Assembly: GCA_944393125.1 (NCBI GenBank)
Contig: CALXZB010000001.1
Location: 64,315 to 128,314, forward strand
DNA: 64,000 bases
Source of the DNA: an uncultured Clostridia bacterium
Lineage (GTDB): Bacteria > Bacillota > Clostridia > TANB77 > CAG-508
Direction of reading: 5' to 3'
Shown: positions 1 through 9,494 of the stretch, one piece after another
How the letters are laid out: every line of letters begins with the position of its first letter
Numbering within the stretch: the stretch's first letter is position 1
Program-made: the position numbers and the translations under genes
Notes under the pieces: generated by a model
What the model was told of the DNA's origin: nothing
What the model saw: the letters and a program-made list of their open reading frames with translations, nothing else
Databases searched by the model: none

Positions 1-709
1 TAGTTTGCTCAATTACACGAGGGCCTGCAAAACCTATCATACTACCAGGCTCAGCTAAAATAATATCTCCTAACATTGCAAAACTTGCAGTAACTCCTCC
101 ATAAGTAGGATCTGTTAGTACTGATATGTATAATAATCCTGCTTCATCAAGTTTTGATAATGCTTCTGTTGTTTTAGCCATTTGCATTAATGAAATAATT
201 CCTTCTTGCATTCTTGCTCCTCCAGAAGCACAAAAAATAATTAATGGTAACTTTAGCTCAATTGCTTTTTCAATAGAATATGTTATTTTTTCTCCAACAA
301 CACTACCCATACTACCCATAAGGAAATTACTGTCCATTACACAAATAACTACTTTAGTTGAATTAATTTCACCTATACCACATTTAACTGCTTCATCAAC
401 ACCAACTTTTTCTCTTAAAGAATGTAATTTTTTTTCATAATCTTCTAGTCCAAGAGGATTAACAGTATCAATATTAAGGTCGAATTCTTCAAATGTTCCT
501 TCATCAATTATTTGCTCAATTCTTCTTTTACTTGAAACTCTAAAATAATGTCCACATATAGGACAAATGCTGTTATTTTCTTTAAGATTTTCTTTATATA
601 TAATTTCTTTACATTTGTCACACTTAACCCATTTTCCAACTGGAATGTCTACTTTATTACTTGGTCTAATGTTTTTTGTTTCACGTTTTTTAATTTTGTC
701 TACAATCAT
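1..709 (-). CDS. accD: acetyl-CoA carboxylase carboxyltransferase beta subunit, N-terminal part (gene runs off the window start)
   Basis: Absent from the ORF track because there is no stop in the window. Manual minus-strand translation from the ATG at 709 gives [60 protein letters not shown] (CxxC...CxxC zinc ribbon), then ...[13 protein letters not shown]...[11 protein letters not shown]...[18 protein letters not shown] lies upstream, and the gene follows accC directly. Confidence 0.85.
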   Translation of the reverse strand, partial: MIVDKIKKRETKNIRPSNKVDIPVGKWVKCDKCKEIIYKENLKENNSICPICGHYFRVSSKRRIEQIIDEGTFEEFDLNIDTVNPLGLEDYEKKLHSLREKVGVDEAVKCGIGEINSTKVVICVMDSNFLMGSMGSVVGEKITYSIEKAIELKLPLIIFCASGGARMQEGIISLMQMAKTTEALSKLDEAGLLYISVLTDPTYGGVTASFAMLGDIILAEPGSMIGFAGPRVIEQT

Positions 710-715
710 TAGTTA

Positions 716-2062
716 TTACTCCTTTTTCATAATTTTTTCTTCTATAAAAGAAGTATCATATTTTCCTCTTATAAAATCAAGATTTGTTATTATATTAAAT
801 AAAAAGTCAATGTTTGTATCTACACCTTCAATAACTAATTCTTCTAATGCTCTTTTCATTTTTGCAATAGCTTCATTTCTTGTAGTTCCATGTGCTATTA
901 TTTTTGCAAGCATTGAGTCATATGTTGGTGGAATTGTATATCCTTCATAAATTGCTGTATCAACTCTAATTCCATTTCCACCTGGTAAATTTAAACCTGT
1001 AATTTTCCCTGGACTTGGTCTAAAGTTTTTTGAAGGATTTTCTGCATTTATTCTACATTCAATTGAATGGCCTGTTATTTCTACTTTATTTTGTTTTATT
1101 CTTAATTCTTCTCCAGCAGCTATTCTTATTTGTTCCTTTATTAAATCTATACCAGTATTTTCTTCTGTTATTGGATGTTCAACTTGTATTCTTGTATTCA
1201 TTTCCATGAAATAAAAGTTTTTATCTTTATCTACTAAAAATTCTACAGTTCCTGCATTTGTATACCCTGCAACTTTAGCAGCTTTTACTGCTGCTTCTCC
1301 TAATTTATGTCTTAATTTATTGTCAATTACATTTGATGGTGATTCTTCTATAACTTTTTGATGTTTTCTTTGTATTGTACAATCTCTTTCACCTAAGTGA
1401 ACAATATTTCCATGTTCATCTGCTAAAATTTGAACTTCTATGTGGCGAGGATTTTGGATATATTTTTCCATATAAATTTCATCATCTGAAAAAGATACTT
1501 TTGCTTCTTGTTTTACAATGTTGTAATTTTCTTCTAATTCATCAATTGAATTAACTATTCTAATTCCTTTACCTCCGCCACCATTTGCTGCTTTAAGTAT
1601 TACAGGATATCCTATTTTTTCTGCAATCTCTACTGCTTCATTTATGCTTTTTAGTTTTCCATCTGATCCTGGTACTACAGGAATGCCTGCTGATTTCATC
1701 AATTCTTTTGCATTAGATTTATTACCCATTTTTTCTATAACTTCATAGCTTGGTCCAATAAATTTTATATTTGATTCTTCACAAATCTTAGCAAATTTAC
1801 TATTTTCTGATAAAAATCCAAAACCAGGATGTATTCCATCAACACCTTTTATATTGGCTGCTTCTATAATATTTTTAAAATTCAAATAGCTTTTACTAGA
1901 TTCTGCAGGTCCTATGCAAACAGATTCATCTGCTAATCTTGTGTGCATAGCATTTTTGTCTGCTTCTGAGTATACAGCTACTGTTTTAATATTCATTTCT
2001 TTACATGCTCTTATAATTCTTACTGCGATTTCTCCTCTATTTGCAATTAATATTTTATTCAT
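716..2062 (-). CDS. accC: biotin carboxylase subunit of acetyl-CoA carboxylase
   Basis: 448-aa ORF. It has MNKILIANRGEIAVRIIRA, the GGGGKGIR glycine loop and EMNTRIQVEHP, and sits in fab/acc operon context. Confidence 0.95.
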   Translation of the reverse strand: MNKILIANRGEIAVRIIRACKEMNIKTVAVYSEADKNAMHTRLADESVCIGPAESSKSYLNFKNIIEAANIKGVDGIHPGFGFLSENSKFAKICEESNIKFIGPSYEVIEKMGNKSNAKELMKSAGIPVVPGSDGKLKSINEAVEIAEKIGYPVILKAANGGGGKGIRIVNSIDELEENYNIVKQEAKVSFSDDEIYMEKYIQNPRHIEVQILADEHGNIVHLGERDCTIQRKHQKVIEESPSNVIDNKLRHKLGEAAVKAAKVAGYTNAGTVEFLVDKDKNFYFMEMNTRIQVEHPITEENTGIDLIKEQIRIAAGEELRIKQNKVEITGHSIECRINAENPSKNFRPSPGKITGLNLPGGNGIRVDTAIYEGYTIPPTYDSMLAKIIAHGTTRNEAIAKMKRALEELVIEGVDTNIDFLFNIITNLDFIRGKYDTSFIEEKIMKKE

Positions 2063-2074
2063 AACTACTCCTTA

Positions 2075-2497
2075 TTAAACAACTGCAAAAGTTAATCCAC
2101 CTTTAGCTACAATTTTATCTTCCACAGTTGCTACTGCTTCGCCTATTCCAATAGGTCCTTTTCTTTTAATTATTTTTACTTGTAATTTTAATCTATCTCC
2201 AGGTACAACCATTTTTTTAAATTTCATTTTGTCAATTCCTCCAAATAATGCATTTTTGCCTTTATTCTCTTCCATTGAAAGAATTGCTATAGCTCCAGCT
2301 TGAGCTAAACTCTCTGTTATTAATACTCCTGGCATAATTGGATTTCCAGGGAAATGCCCTTTAAAATACCATTCTTTTTCATTTACATTTTTATAAGCTG
2401 TACAACTTTCTCCTGGAACATATTCCTCAACTTCATCAATCATAAGAAATGGTTCTCTTTGTGGTATTATTTTTTCTATTTGTTCTTTATTAAGCAT
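2075..2497 (-). CDS. fabZ: 3-hydroxyacyl-ACP dehydratase
   Basis: 140-aa hotdog-fold protein with the FKGHFPGNPIMPGVL motif. It lies between accB and accC. Confidence 0.93.
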   Translation of the reverse strand: MLNKEQIEKIIPQREPFLMIDEVEEYVPGESCTAYKNVNEKEWYFKGHFPGNPIMPGVLITESLAQAGAIAILSMEENKGKNALFGGIDKMKFKKMVVPGDRLKLQVKIIKRKGPIGIGEAVATVEDKIVAKGGLTFAVV

Positions 2498-2512
2498 TGG
2501 TATTGCTCCTTT

Positions 2513-2938
2513 CTAAACTATTCTGAAAAGTGGTTTTCCATATTCAACTGGTTCTCCATCTTTTACAAGAATTTCAGCAATTTTACCATCAAATTCTGAT
2601 TCGATTTCATTCATTAATTTCATTGCTTCAATAATACAAAGCACAGTACCTTTTTTTACTTCTGTTCCAACTTCAACATATGGATTACTTGTTGGTGAAG
2701 ATTTTATGTAAAAAGTTCCTACCATTGGTGATTTTACAATATTTCCTTCTTTTTGTTCTACTTTTTCTTCAACCTTTTCTTCTATTTTCTTTTCTTCTAC
2801 AACAACTGGTTGAACAATCTCTGTTGTTGTATTTTTCTCCATCTTTATTTTTACTCCATCAGGAAATTCTATATCAATTGAAGTTAATTTTGAATTTCCC
2901 ATATCTGTCATTAATTGTTTTATTTTTTCGTATTCCAT
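2513..2938 (-). CDS. accB: biotin carboxyl carrier protein
   Basis: Biotinyl-lysine motif IEAMKLMNEIE. I moved the start to M10 (MEYEKIKQ) behind AAAGGAA; the track ORF extends to 2965. Confidence 0.9.
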   Translation of the reverse strand: MEYEKIKQLMTDMGNSKLTSIDIEFPDGVKIKMEKNTTTEIVQPVVVEEKKIEEKVEEKVEQKEGNIVKSPMVGTFYIKSSPTSNPYVEVGTEVKKGTVLCIIEAMKLMNEIESEFDGKIAEILVKDGEPVEYGKPLFRIV

Positions 2939-2965
2939 AAATATTCCTTTCTTGCAAATAAGCAC

Positions 2966-4204
2966 TTATTTTTCAAATTTTTTAAATATTACAGTTGCAT
3001 TATGCCCTCCAAAACCTAATGAATTTGACATTGCAACATTTATTTCTTGTTCTAATGGTTTATTTGGTACAATATTTAAATCACATTCTTCATCTGGAAC
3101 TTGATAATTAATTGTTGGTGGAATTAATTTGTTTTCAATTGCTTTTGTACAAATTATTGCTTCTATTACTCCTGCTGCACCTAATAAATGACCTGTGTTT
3201 CCCTTTGTTGAACTTACTTTTACATTTGCACTTGCACTTCCTAAAGCACCTTTAACAGCTTTAGTTTCAGTTGAGTCATTTAAATGTGTTGAAGTTCCAT
3301 GTGCATTTATATAATCTACTTCTTCTGGTTTAATTTTAGCATCTTCCATAGCAACTTTCATTGCTTTAATTGCACCAGATGCTTCTGGGTCTGGTGATGT
3401 AATATGATATGCATCTGATGAAGCACCATATCCTACAACTTCTGCATATATTTTTGCTCCTCTTTTTAGTGCATGTTCTAATTCTTCAAGAACGACAATT
3501 CCTGCTCCTTCTCCCATAACAAATCCATTTCTTTCTTTATCAAATGGAATACTTGCTCTTGTTTTATCTGTTGAACTTGATAATGCTTTCATATTTTCAA
3601 AACCTGCAACCGCAGATTCACATATAGCTGATTCTGAACCTCCTGCTAAAATCACATCTTGGTATCCATGTTTAATATTTCTATATGCCTCACCTATTGA
3701 ATGTGTTGAAGAAGCACATGCAGTAACGATTGCAAGAGATTCTCCTTTTAATTTCAAGTCTATTGCAATATTTCCTGCAGGCATATTGCATATTCCCATT
3801 GGGATAAACATTGGAGATACCCTACTATTTCCCTTTTCAAAATTTATTCTGCATTGATTTTGAATTGTTTCAAATCCTCCAATTCCTGATCCTACATATA
3901 TTCCTACTTTTTCAAAATCTGTGTTTTCTGGTGTTATTCCACTGTCTTTAAATGCTTCTCTTGCTGCAACTATAGCAAATTGTGATACTCTATCTAATCT
4001 TTTAGCTTGTTTTACATCAAAAAATTTTAAAGGATCAAATTCTTTTACTTCTGCAGCTAATTTAGTTTTGAATGTGCTTGTATCAAATGCCTTTATTTCA
4101 TCAATTCCACATTTACATTCTTTTATTCCGTCCCATAATTCATCTACTGTATTTCCTATTGGGCTAACAGCTCCTAATCCTGTTATTACAACTCTTTTTT
4201 CCAT
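2966..4204 (-). CDS. fabF: 3-oxoacyl-ACP synthase II
   Basis: 412 aa. KAS motifs TACASS (active-site Cys), HGTSTHLND and GHLLGAAG. Confidence 0.93.
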   Translation of the reverse strand: MEKRVVITGLGAVSPIGNTVDELWDGIKECKCGIDEIKAFDTSTFKTKLAAEVKEFDPLKFFDVKQAKRLDRVSQFAIVAAREAFKDSGITPENTDFEKVGIYVGSGIGGFETIQNQCRINFEKGNSRVSPMFIPMGICNMPAGNIAIDLKLKGESLAIVTACASSTHSIGEAYRNIKHGYQDVILAGGSESAICESAVAGFENMKALSSSTDKTRASIPFDKERNGFVMGEGAGIVVLEELEHALKRGAKIYAEVVGYGASSDAYHITSPDPEASGAIKAMKVAMEDAKIKPEEVDYINAHGTSTHLNDSTETKAVKGALGSASANVKVSSTKGNTGHLLGAAGVIEAIICTKAIENKLIPPTINYQVPDEECDLNIVPNKPLEQEINVAMSNSLGFGGHNATVIFKKFEK

Positions 4205-4205
4205 T

Positions 4206-4937
4206 TTAATTCATTCCTCCATCTACACTAATAACTTGACCTGTAATATAGCTAGAATCTTCTGATGCTAAAAATTTAACAACATTAGCTACTTCTTCTG
4301 GTTTCCCTTCTCTTTTTAATGGTATTGAATTCATAATATTAGCTTTTACTTCATCTTTAAGCACACTTGTCATATCAGTTTCTATAAATCCTGGTGCTAT
4401 CGCATTTACAAGTATATTTCTACCTGCCAATTCTTTTGCTAAGCTTTTTGTTAAACCTATAATTCCAGCTTTTGATGCAGAATAATTAGCTTGACCTGCA
4501 TTTCCATGAATTCCAACTACTGAAGATATATTTATTATTCTTCCGCTTCTTTGTTTAATCATATATTGAGAAACATTTTTAGTCATATTAAAAGTTCCTA
4601 TTAAATTAACATCTATAACTTGATTAAAATCTTCTGGCTTCATTCTAATAAATAACATATCTTTTGTTATTCCTGCATTATTTACTAAAACATCTATTCT
4701 TTCTAATTTTTCAATTACTTGTTTAGTCATATTTTCACAATCTTCAAAACTTGAAATATCTCCTTTAACAGCTAAACATCTTACTCCATAACTTTCTATT
4801 TCTTTTACTGTTTCATTTAAACTATCATTTTCTGTTCTGTAATTAAGTGCTATATCAAATCCTTGTTTAGCTAATGTAATTGCTATTTGTTTCCCAATTC
4901 CACGAGTTGCTCCTGTAATTAATGCTACTTTATTCAT
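4206..4937 (-). CDS. fabG: 3-oxoacyl-ACP reductase
   Basis: 243-aa SDR with TGATRGIG, NNAG and YSASKAG. It overlaps fabD by 8 nt. Confidence 0.92.
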   Translation of the reverse strand: MNKVALITGATRGIGKQIAITLAKQGFDIALNYRTENDSLNETVKEIESYGVRCLAVKGDISSFEDCENMTKQVIEKLERIDVLVNNAGITKDMLFIRMKPEDFNQVIDVNLIGTFNMTKNVSQYMIKQRSGRIINISSVVGIHGNAGQANYSASKAGIIGLTKSLAKELAGRNILVNAIAPGFIETDMTSVLKDEVKANIMNSIPLKREGKPEEVANVVKFLASEDSSYITGQVISVDGGMN

Positions 4938-5865
4938 TTTCTAATCCTCCGTTTAAAATTTTTTCTAATGTTTCAACATCATTTATATTTAATATTTTAA
5001 CATCTTTATTGGTTCTTTTTACAAAACCAGATAATGTTTTTCCTGGTCCTATTTCTATAAATGTATCTATTCCCATATCAATCATTTCTTGTAATCCATT
5101 TGCAAATTTTACAGGATTAATTATATGGTTTGCTAGAATTTCTTTTACATTATCTGTTGGTTTATAAGATTTTCCATCTATATTTTTAATAACTTTTGTT
5201 TGAAAATCATTGATTTTTATTTGTTCTAATTCTTTTTTTAGAGCTTCTGAAGCTTCTATCAATTTACAAGTGTGAAATGGTCCTGAAGTTTTTAATTCAA
5301 TTGCTTTTTTAGCACCTTCTTGTTTGCATTTGTCTATTGCTTCTAATACTGCTTGCTTTTCTCCTGATATAACAATTTGACCTGTACAATTGTAATTAGC
5401 TGGTGCAACAAAACCTGTTGTTATGTTATTACATACTTCTTTTATTTTTTCTTCATCTAATCCCAAAATTGCAGCCATAGACCAATCACCTTTTGGGCAA
5501 AGATTTTGCATTAATTCCCCTCTTTTTTGTACAATTTTAATTCCATCTTCAAATGATAATGCTCCACTATATATTAATGCAGTATATTCTCCTAAACTCA
5601 ATCCCATTGAAACTTCTGCTTTGATATTTTGTTTTTTCAAAATCGCTAAAATCGCTAAACTCATTGTTAAAATTGCTATTTGAGTATTTTGAGTTTGACT
5701 TAGTTCCTCTTCTGTTACATTAAAAGTTAGCTCATCTATTTTCTTTCCTGTTATTTTGTTTACTTTTTCATATACACTTCTATATTCTGGGTATTTTTCA
5801 TATAAATCTTTTCCCATTCCTACACTTTGTGCACCTTGACCTGGAAATAAAAATCCAATTTTCAT
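4930..5865 (-). CDS. fabD: malonyl-CoA:ACP transacylase
   Basis: 311 aa with FPGQGAQ and the GLSLGEY nucleophile elbow. Confidence 0.92.
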   Translation of the reverse strand: MKIGFLFPGQGAQSVGMGKDLYEKYPEYRSVYEKVNKITGKKIDELTFNVTEEELSQTQNTQIAILTMSLAILAILKKQNIKAEVSMGLSLGEYTALIYSGALSFEDGIKIVQKRGELMQNLCPKGDWSMAAILGLDEEKIKEVCNNITTGFVAPANYNCTGQIVISGEKQAVLEAIDKCKQEGAKKAIELKTSGPFHTCKLIEASEALKKELEQIKINDFQTKVIKNIDGKSYKPTDNVKEILANHIINPVKFANGLQEMIDMGIDTFIEIGPGKTLSGFVKRTNKDVKILNINDVETLEKILNGGLENE

Positions 5866-5867
5866 TG

Positions 5868-6374
5868 TTATTCTCCTATTCTTTTTAAAAATTTTTCTTC
5901 AAATCTTTTGCAAAATTCTTCTATAACTTTTGAGTTGTCAATTAGAATATTAAATTCTTTTTTTATGGAGGTTGAAATTTCTTGTTGGTTTGTATTTATT
6001 CCTATTCCTATTGCTAAATATTTTACTTTCTCTCCTTGTAATTTAGTTTCTGTTAATATTCCACCTACTTTTTGATTTTTTATCATAATGTCATTAGGAA
6101 GTTTAATTTCTAATTTTATTTTATATAAATCATCAAATATTTCTAATATAGTTTCTGCTATTTCAAAAGTTAAATTATTTAGTTTATTTATATTTGCATT
6201 TAATGCTATTCCTATAGAAAAAGCTACATTTCCTTTTTCTGTTGTATACCATTTTCTACCATGTGTTCCTATTCCATCTGTTTGAATATCTGCTGAAATT
6301 ATAATTCTATTTTCTAATCTTCTCCAAACCTCTTTTTGAGTAGAATCTATTTCTTCATAGTGAATCATTTTCAT
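5868..6374 (-). CDS. truncated biotin-protein-ligase (BirA catalytic domain)-like protein
   Basis: 168 aa. Motifs: IHYEEIDSTQ, QTDGIGTHGRKW (in place of GRGRxGRxW), KLPNDIMIKNQKVGGILTE, IGIGINTNQ. There is no HTH and no C-terminal domain. An ATGA overlap links it to the upstream ligase gene, and fabD starts 2 nt after its stop. Confidence 0.6.
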   Translation of the reverse strand: MKMIHYEEIDSTQKEVWRRLENRIIISADIQTDGIGTHGRKWYTTEKGNVAFSIGIALNANINKLNNLTFEIAETILEIFDDLYKIKLEIKLPNDIMIKNQKVGGILTETKLQGEKVKYLAIGIGINTNQQEISTSIKKEFNILIDNSKVIEEFCKRFEEKFLKRIGE

Positions 6375-7951
6375 AGAATTGTTTTAATTTCCTCCTGTCT
6401 TTTGATTTTAGATGTAGTTGTTTTTATTAATGGTGTTTCTGTAAGTACAATTCCTTTTATTCCTTTATATGGAGGCATTGTATGATTGATTTCTTTTATT
6501 TGTTTGTTAATTAAATCATATATTTCTGTTTCTGTATTTTCAGTAAATACGTTTTTATCATATACTATTTTTGCATATATTTTAATATCATTTTTATCTT
6601 CTTTTATTGATTTACCGAATACAAATGATTCTTTGACTCCTTCTATTCTGTTTAGCAAGCTTTCCATTTCTTCTGGGAAGATATTTTTTCCATTTTTTAA
6701 TACTATAACACTTTTCTTTCTTCCTGATATAAAGATATAGCCTTCTTCATCTATTCTTGCTAAATCTCCTGTATGGAACCAACCATCTTTTATTGCTTCC
6801 TTTGTTGCTTCTTCATTTTGATAATATCCTAACATTACACTAGGTCCTTTTACTAACAATTCTCCCATTCCTTCTTCATTAGGATTTTCTATTTTTACTT
6901 GAACATGTGGAAGCGGTTTTCCTATAGAACCTAATTTAAAGTTTGTATTTGTTTCAATTCCTACAACTGGCGAAGTTTCTGTTAGCCCATATCCTTGGCA
7001 TAAGTTTATTCCAAAATTTCTATATCCTTGTATTACTTTAGGATCTATACTTGCAGCTCCAGTTATTAACATTTTAATATGCCCTCCAAAAATATTAATA
7101 ACATCTTGTTCCCCTTTTTTGTCTATTTTTCTTATAATATTTCTATATATGTTTTCATAAATAGCTGGAACAAATGCTGCAAAAGTTGTTTGATATTCAT
7201 TAAAATTATCTAATATATGTTTTATTCCATCACAAAATGAAATTTGAGCTCCTTTGTATATTGGGAATAAAAATCCTACTGTACATTCAAATACATGATG
7301 TAATGGTAAAAATGATAGTGTTCTATCACTTGAATCTATATCCAAAATCTGAGATAAATCAAGAATATTTGTACAAATGTTTTTGTGTGATAATGCTACT
7401 GCTTTTGATTCTGATGTTGTGCCAGATGTAAATAACATTATATTCATTTCTTCTGGATTTATTTTTGCATTTATGAATTCAGTATTTCCTTCTCTTAAAA
7501 GTTTTTTACCTCTTTTAATAAGTTCATCTTGTTTTTCCATTGGGAATAAATATTTTAATTTTGTTGTTTTGTTTTTATATATTTCTTGTAATTGTTCTTC
7601 ATATTTTTTTGAATAAAATATTGCTTCTACATCTGCTCTTTTAATTAACCTTTCTATTTCTGCTTCTGGTAGTGATTTATCTAATGGAACTACTATTCCT
7701 GTTCCACATACTATAGATAAATATGCAATTTCCCATTCATATCTGTTTTCACCTATTACAGCAATACGTTTTCCTTTTAAACCAAGTTCTATCAATTCTG
7801 TTCCTAATGCATCTACCATTTCTCGCATTTCTTTATGTGTTATTATTTTATAACCTTGTTCTTGTCTTATTTTATATGCTGGCTTGTTACCATATAATTT
7901 ACCTGTCTTTTTTAACATGTCTTTTAAATCTGTTATTTCTAAATTTTCCAT
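6371..7951 (-). CDS. AMP-dependent acyl-CoA (or acyl-ACP) synthetase, long-chain fatty-acid ligase family
   Basis: 526 aa. AMP-binding motif LFTSGTTSESKAV, then GYGLTETS and HTGDLARIDEEGYIFISGRKK. Confidence 0.85.
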   Translation of the reverse strand: MENLEITDLKDMLKKTGKLYGNKPAYKIRQEQGYKIITHKEMREMVDALGTELIELGLKGKRIAVIGENRYEWEIAYLSIVCGTGIVVPLDKSLPEAEIERLIKRADVEAIFYSKKYEEQLQEIYKNKTTKLKYLFPMEKQDELIKRGKKLLREGNTEFINAKINPEEMNIMLFTSGTTSESKAVALSHKNICTNILDLSQILDIDSSDRTLSFLPLHHVFECTVGFLFPIYKGAQISFCDGIKHILDNFNEYQTTFAAFVPAIYENIYRNIIRKIDKKGEQDVINIFGGHIKMLITGAASIDPKVIQGYRNFGINLCQGYGLTETSPVVGIETNTNFKLGSIGKPLPHVQVKIENPNEEGMGELLVKGPSVMLGYYQNEEATKEAIKDGWFHTGDLARIDEEGYIFISGRKKSVIVLKNGKNIFPEEMESLLNRIEGVKESFVFGKSIKEDKNDIKIYAKIVYDKNVFTENTETEIYDLINKQIKEINHTMPPYKGIKGIVLTETPLIKTTTSKIKRQEEIKTIL

Positions 7952-8011
7952 ATACTTTTCCTTTCGTTTTGTTTAATTATTTATATCATATTTTTTTATT
8001 TTAAATAATAG

Positions 8012-8025
8012 ACTGACAGGTCAGT
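8012..8025. promoter_or_regulatory. palindrome ACTGACagGTCAGT upstream of the ligase/fab operon (candidate operator)
   Basis: Perfect 6-bp arms, 61-74 nt upstream of the ATG at 7951. Confidence 0.3.
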
Positions 8026-8050
8026 TAAATTTTAAAAAGTAAAAAAAAAA

Positions 8051-8075
8051 GAAAACTGAACAATAGTCAGTTTTC
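8051..8075. terminator. bidirectional intrinsic terminator between the IS200 element and the fab operon
   Basis: gaaaactga-N7-tcagttttc, flanked by an A-rich run on one side and T5 on the other. Confidence 0.6.
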
Positions 8076-8104
8076 TTTTTCTATATATTATTCAAAAATA
8101 TTAT

Positions 8105-8874
8105 TAATTTATAATTATCCCCCAGTTATACTGTGGGATTTTCATATCGGCCTATAAGGTCTTTTTACAAGTCACCGCTTAAGCGGTCCCAGTTTGACAG
8201 CTTACGCCACTTTCGCGTGCGTTTTTATTACTTACTACCCTTTAAAAGGGTCTTTATATTCTTTTATTGTCATTCGATCTGACATCATATCTTCTTTTAA
8301 TTGATTTGCTACATAATTATATACAGCAACCTTGTTGTTTCCTACCGTACTTACATAAAAGCCTCTACACCAAAACGTTCTGTTCCCATATTTATATTTT
8401 AAATTTGCATGTCTCTCAAATATTATCAATGTACTTTTTCCTTTCAAGTACCCAACAAATGATGATATACTCATTTTAGGTGGTATACTCACATACATAT
8501 GTACATGGTCTGGACATGCTTCTGCATTTATTATTTCTACTTCTTTTCTCCTGCATAATTCTCTTAATATCATTCCTACATCTTGTTTTAATGCTCCGTA
8601 TATTTCTTTTCTTCTAAACTTAGGTGCAAACACTATATGGTACTTGCATTCCCATGTTGTGTGTGATAAACTATCTGTGTATGGACTTTTCATACGTCCC
8701 ACTCCTTTCATATATAATATCTTTAAGCCGTCAAACTTAAAAATATTATATCATATTGGGGTGGGATTTTTATTACTCTTTGCAAAACTATAAGTTTTCC
8801 TGTTCTCCCAGCATAGCTGGGAGTTTTCTTTAAAGTTAAAAAATCATAACCACCCGTTTACGGGTGATTATGAT
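8105..8874 (-). mobile_element. IS200-type (IS200/IS605 family, tnpA-only) insertion sequence, apparently intact; ends approximate
   Basis: Y1 (HUH) transposase gene flanked by subterminal hairpins: cccagttatactgtggg (8121-8137) and ctcccagcatagctgggag (8805-8823). A terminator-like hairpin at 8843-8874 sits at the tnpA-upstream end. The 5' 260 nt are repeated at 12157-12417. Confidence 0.75.
8235..8693 (-). CDS. tnpA: IS200/IS605 family Y1 (HUH) transposase
   Basis: HTTWECKYHIVFAPKFRRK, HUH motif PDHVHMYVSIPP, catalytic Tyr region VYNYVANQ. The start is set at M7 (MKSPYTD) behind AAGGAG. Confidence 0.9.
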   Translation of the reverse strand: MKSPYTDSLSHTTWECKYHIVFAPKFRRKEIYGALKQDVGMILRELCRRKEVEIINAEACPDHVHMYVSIPPKMSISSFVGYLKGKSTLIIFERHANLKYKYGNRTFWCRGFYVSTVGNNKVAVYNYVANQLKEDMMSDRMTIKEYKDPFKG

Positions 8875-8909
8875 TATAAAGTTTTTATTCAGCTTTACTA
8901 TATAATAAA

Positions 8910-8933
8910 GCCAAGGGTATAAGTACCCTTGGC
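8910..8933 (-). terminator. terminator of the 8991..9494 gene
   Basis: gccaagggta-N4-tacccttggc, followed by a T-rich run on the minus strand. Confidence 0.6.
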
Positions 8934-8990
8934 CGAACAGATGTGAGTGAAAAAATTGTTAAATAAAAGCGAACTTTGAAACTTTACAGA

Positions 8991-9494
8991 TTATCCATAA
9001 ATCCAGATATCAACATGAATGGTATATCCGTCAGGAATCCCGCTAAAGTTTGCAAAATAATATGCAGGCGTACTAGGAAGCCCATGAAGCAAATTTTCAT
9101 AGTAGGTTTCACCATTTGTAGAAATATAGTCCCCATTGACAGCCATAGATCCGCGGTCAGATACCAAGTGAAATTTTACCGTTCCATTCCATTCGGGGCA
9201 ACTTGTCTTTACAGTTACCCCCATGCCACCAATTCCAGACGAATCTACCCAAACAAGGAAAGCAGAGCTATTGCTACTTACATCTCCATTTTGGTATCCA
9301 GAGATACTGGAACGGGGCATAACGTTTCCGTTCTCGTCAGAAACAGAAACAATACCATCGGAGTCAAGTTCGACACTGTATTTGGTCGCTTTGACATCAT
9401 TGTTGGTAGTGTCCGCCGACTCTGCTGCGAAAGCAGTAGCAGAAAGAGACATCATCATGACAAGTGCTAATACTGTGCATAAAATTTTTTTCAT
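8991..9494 (-). CDS. small secreted protein of unknown function (G+C-enriched gene)
   Basis: 167 aa with signal peptide MKKILCTVLALVMMMSLSATAFA/AE and RBS GTGAGGT. G+C content and codon usage are clearly richer than in the neighbours. Confidence 0.6.
   Translation of the reverse strand: MKKILCTVLALVMMMSLSATAFAAESADTTNNDVKATKYSVELDSDGIVSVSDENGNVMPRSSISGYQNGDVSSNSSAFLVWVDSSGIGGMGVTVKTSCPEWNGTVKFHLVSDRGSMAVNGDYISTNGETYYENLLHGLPSTPAYYFANFSGIPDGYTIHVDIWIYG

Noticed and set aside
126-950. Plus-strand track ORFs 126..440 and 567..950, and the many similar 60-150-aa plus-strand ORFs throughout the window.
   Set aside because: They lie antisense to well-supported minus-strand genes (here accD and accC). 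They encode low-complexity Phe/Ile/Leu/Ser-rich peptides typical of the reverse strand of AT-rich genes, and they lack RBSs.
8121-8230. A G+C-rich hairpin cluster downstream of tnpA, considered as a TnpB-type omega/guide RNA or an independent ncRNA.
   Set aside because: There is no tnpB or iscB in the element. The hairpins (cccag...ctgtggg, ggcctataaggtc, accgcttaagcggt) match the expected subterminal right-end structures of IS200/IS605 elements, and a related set occurs at the second copy.
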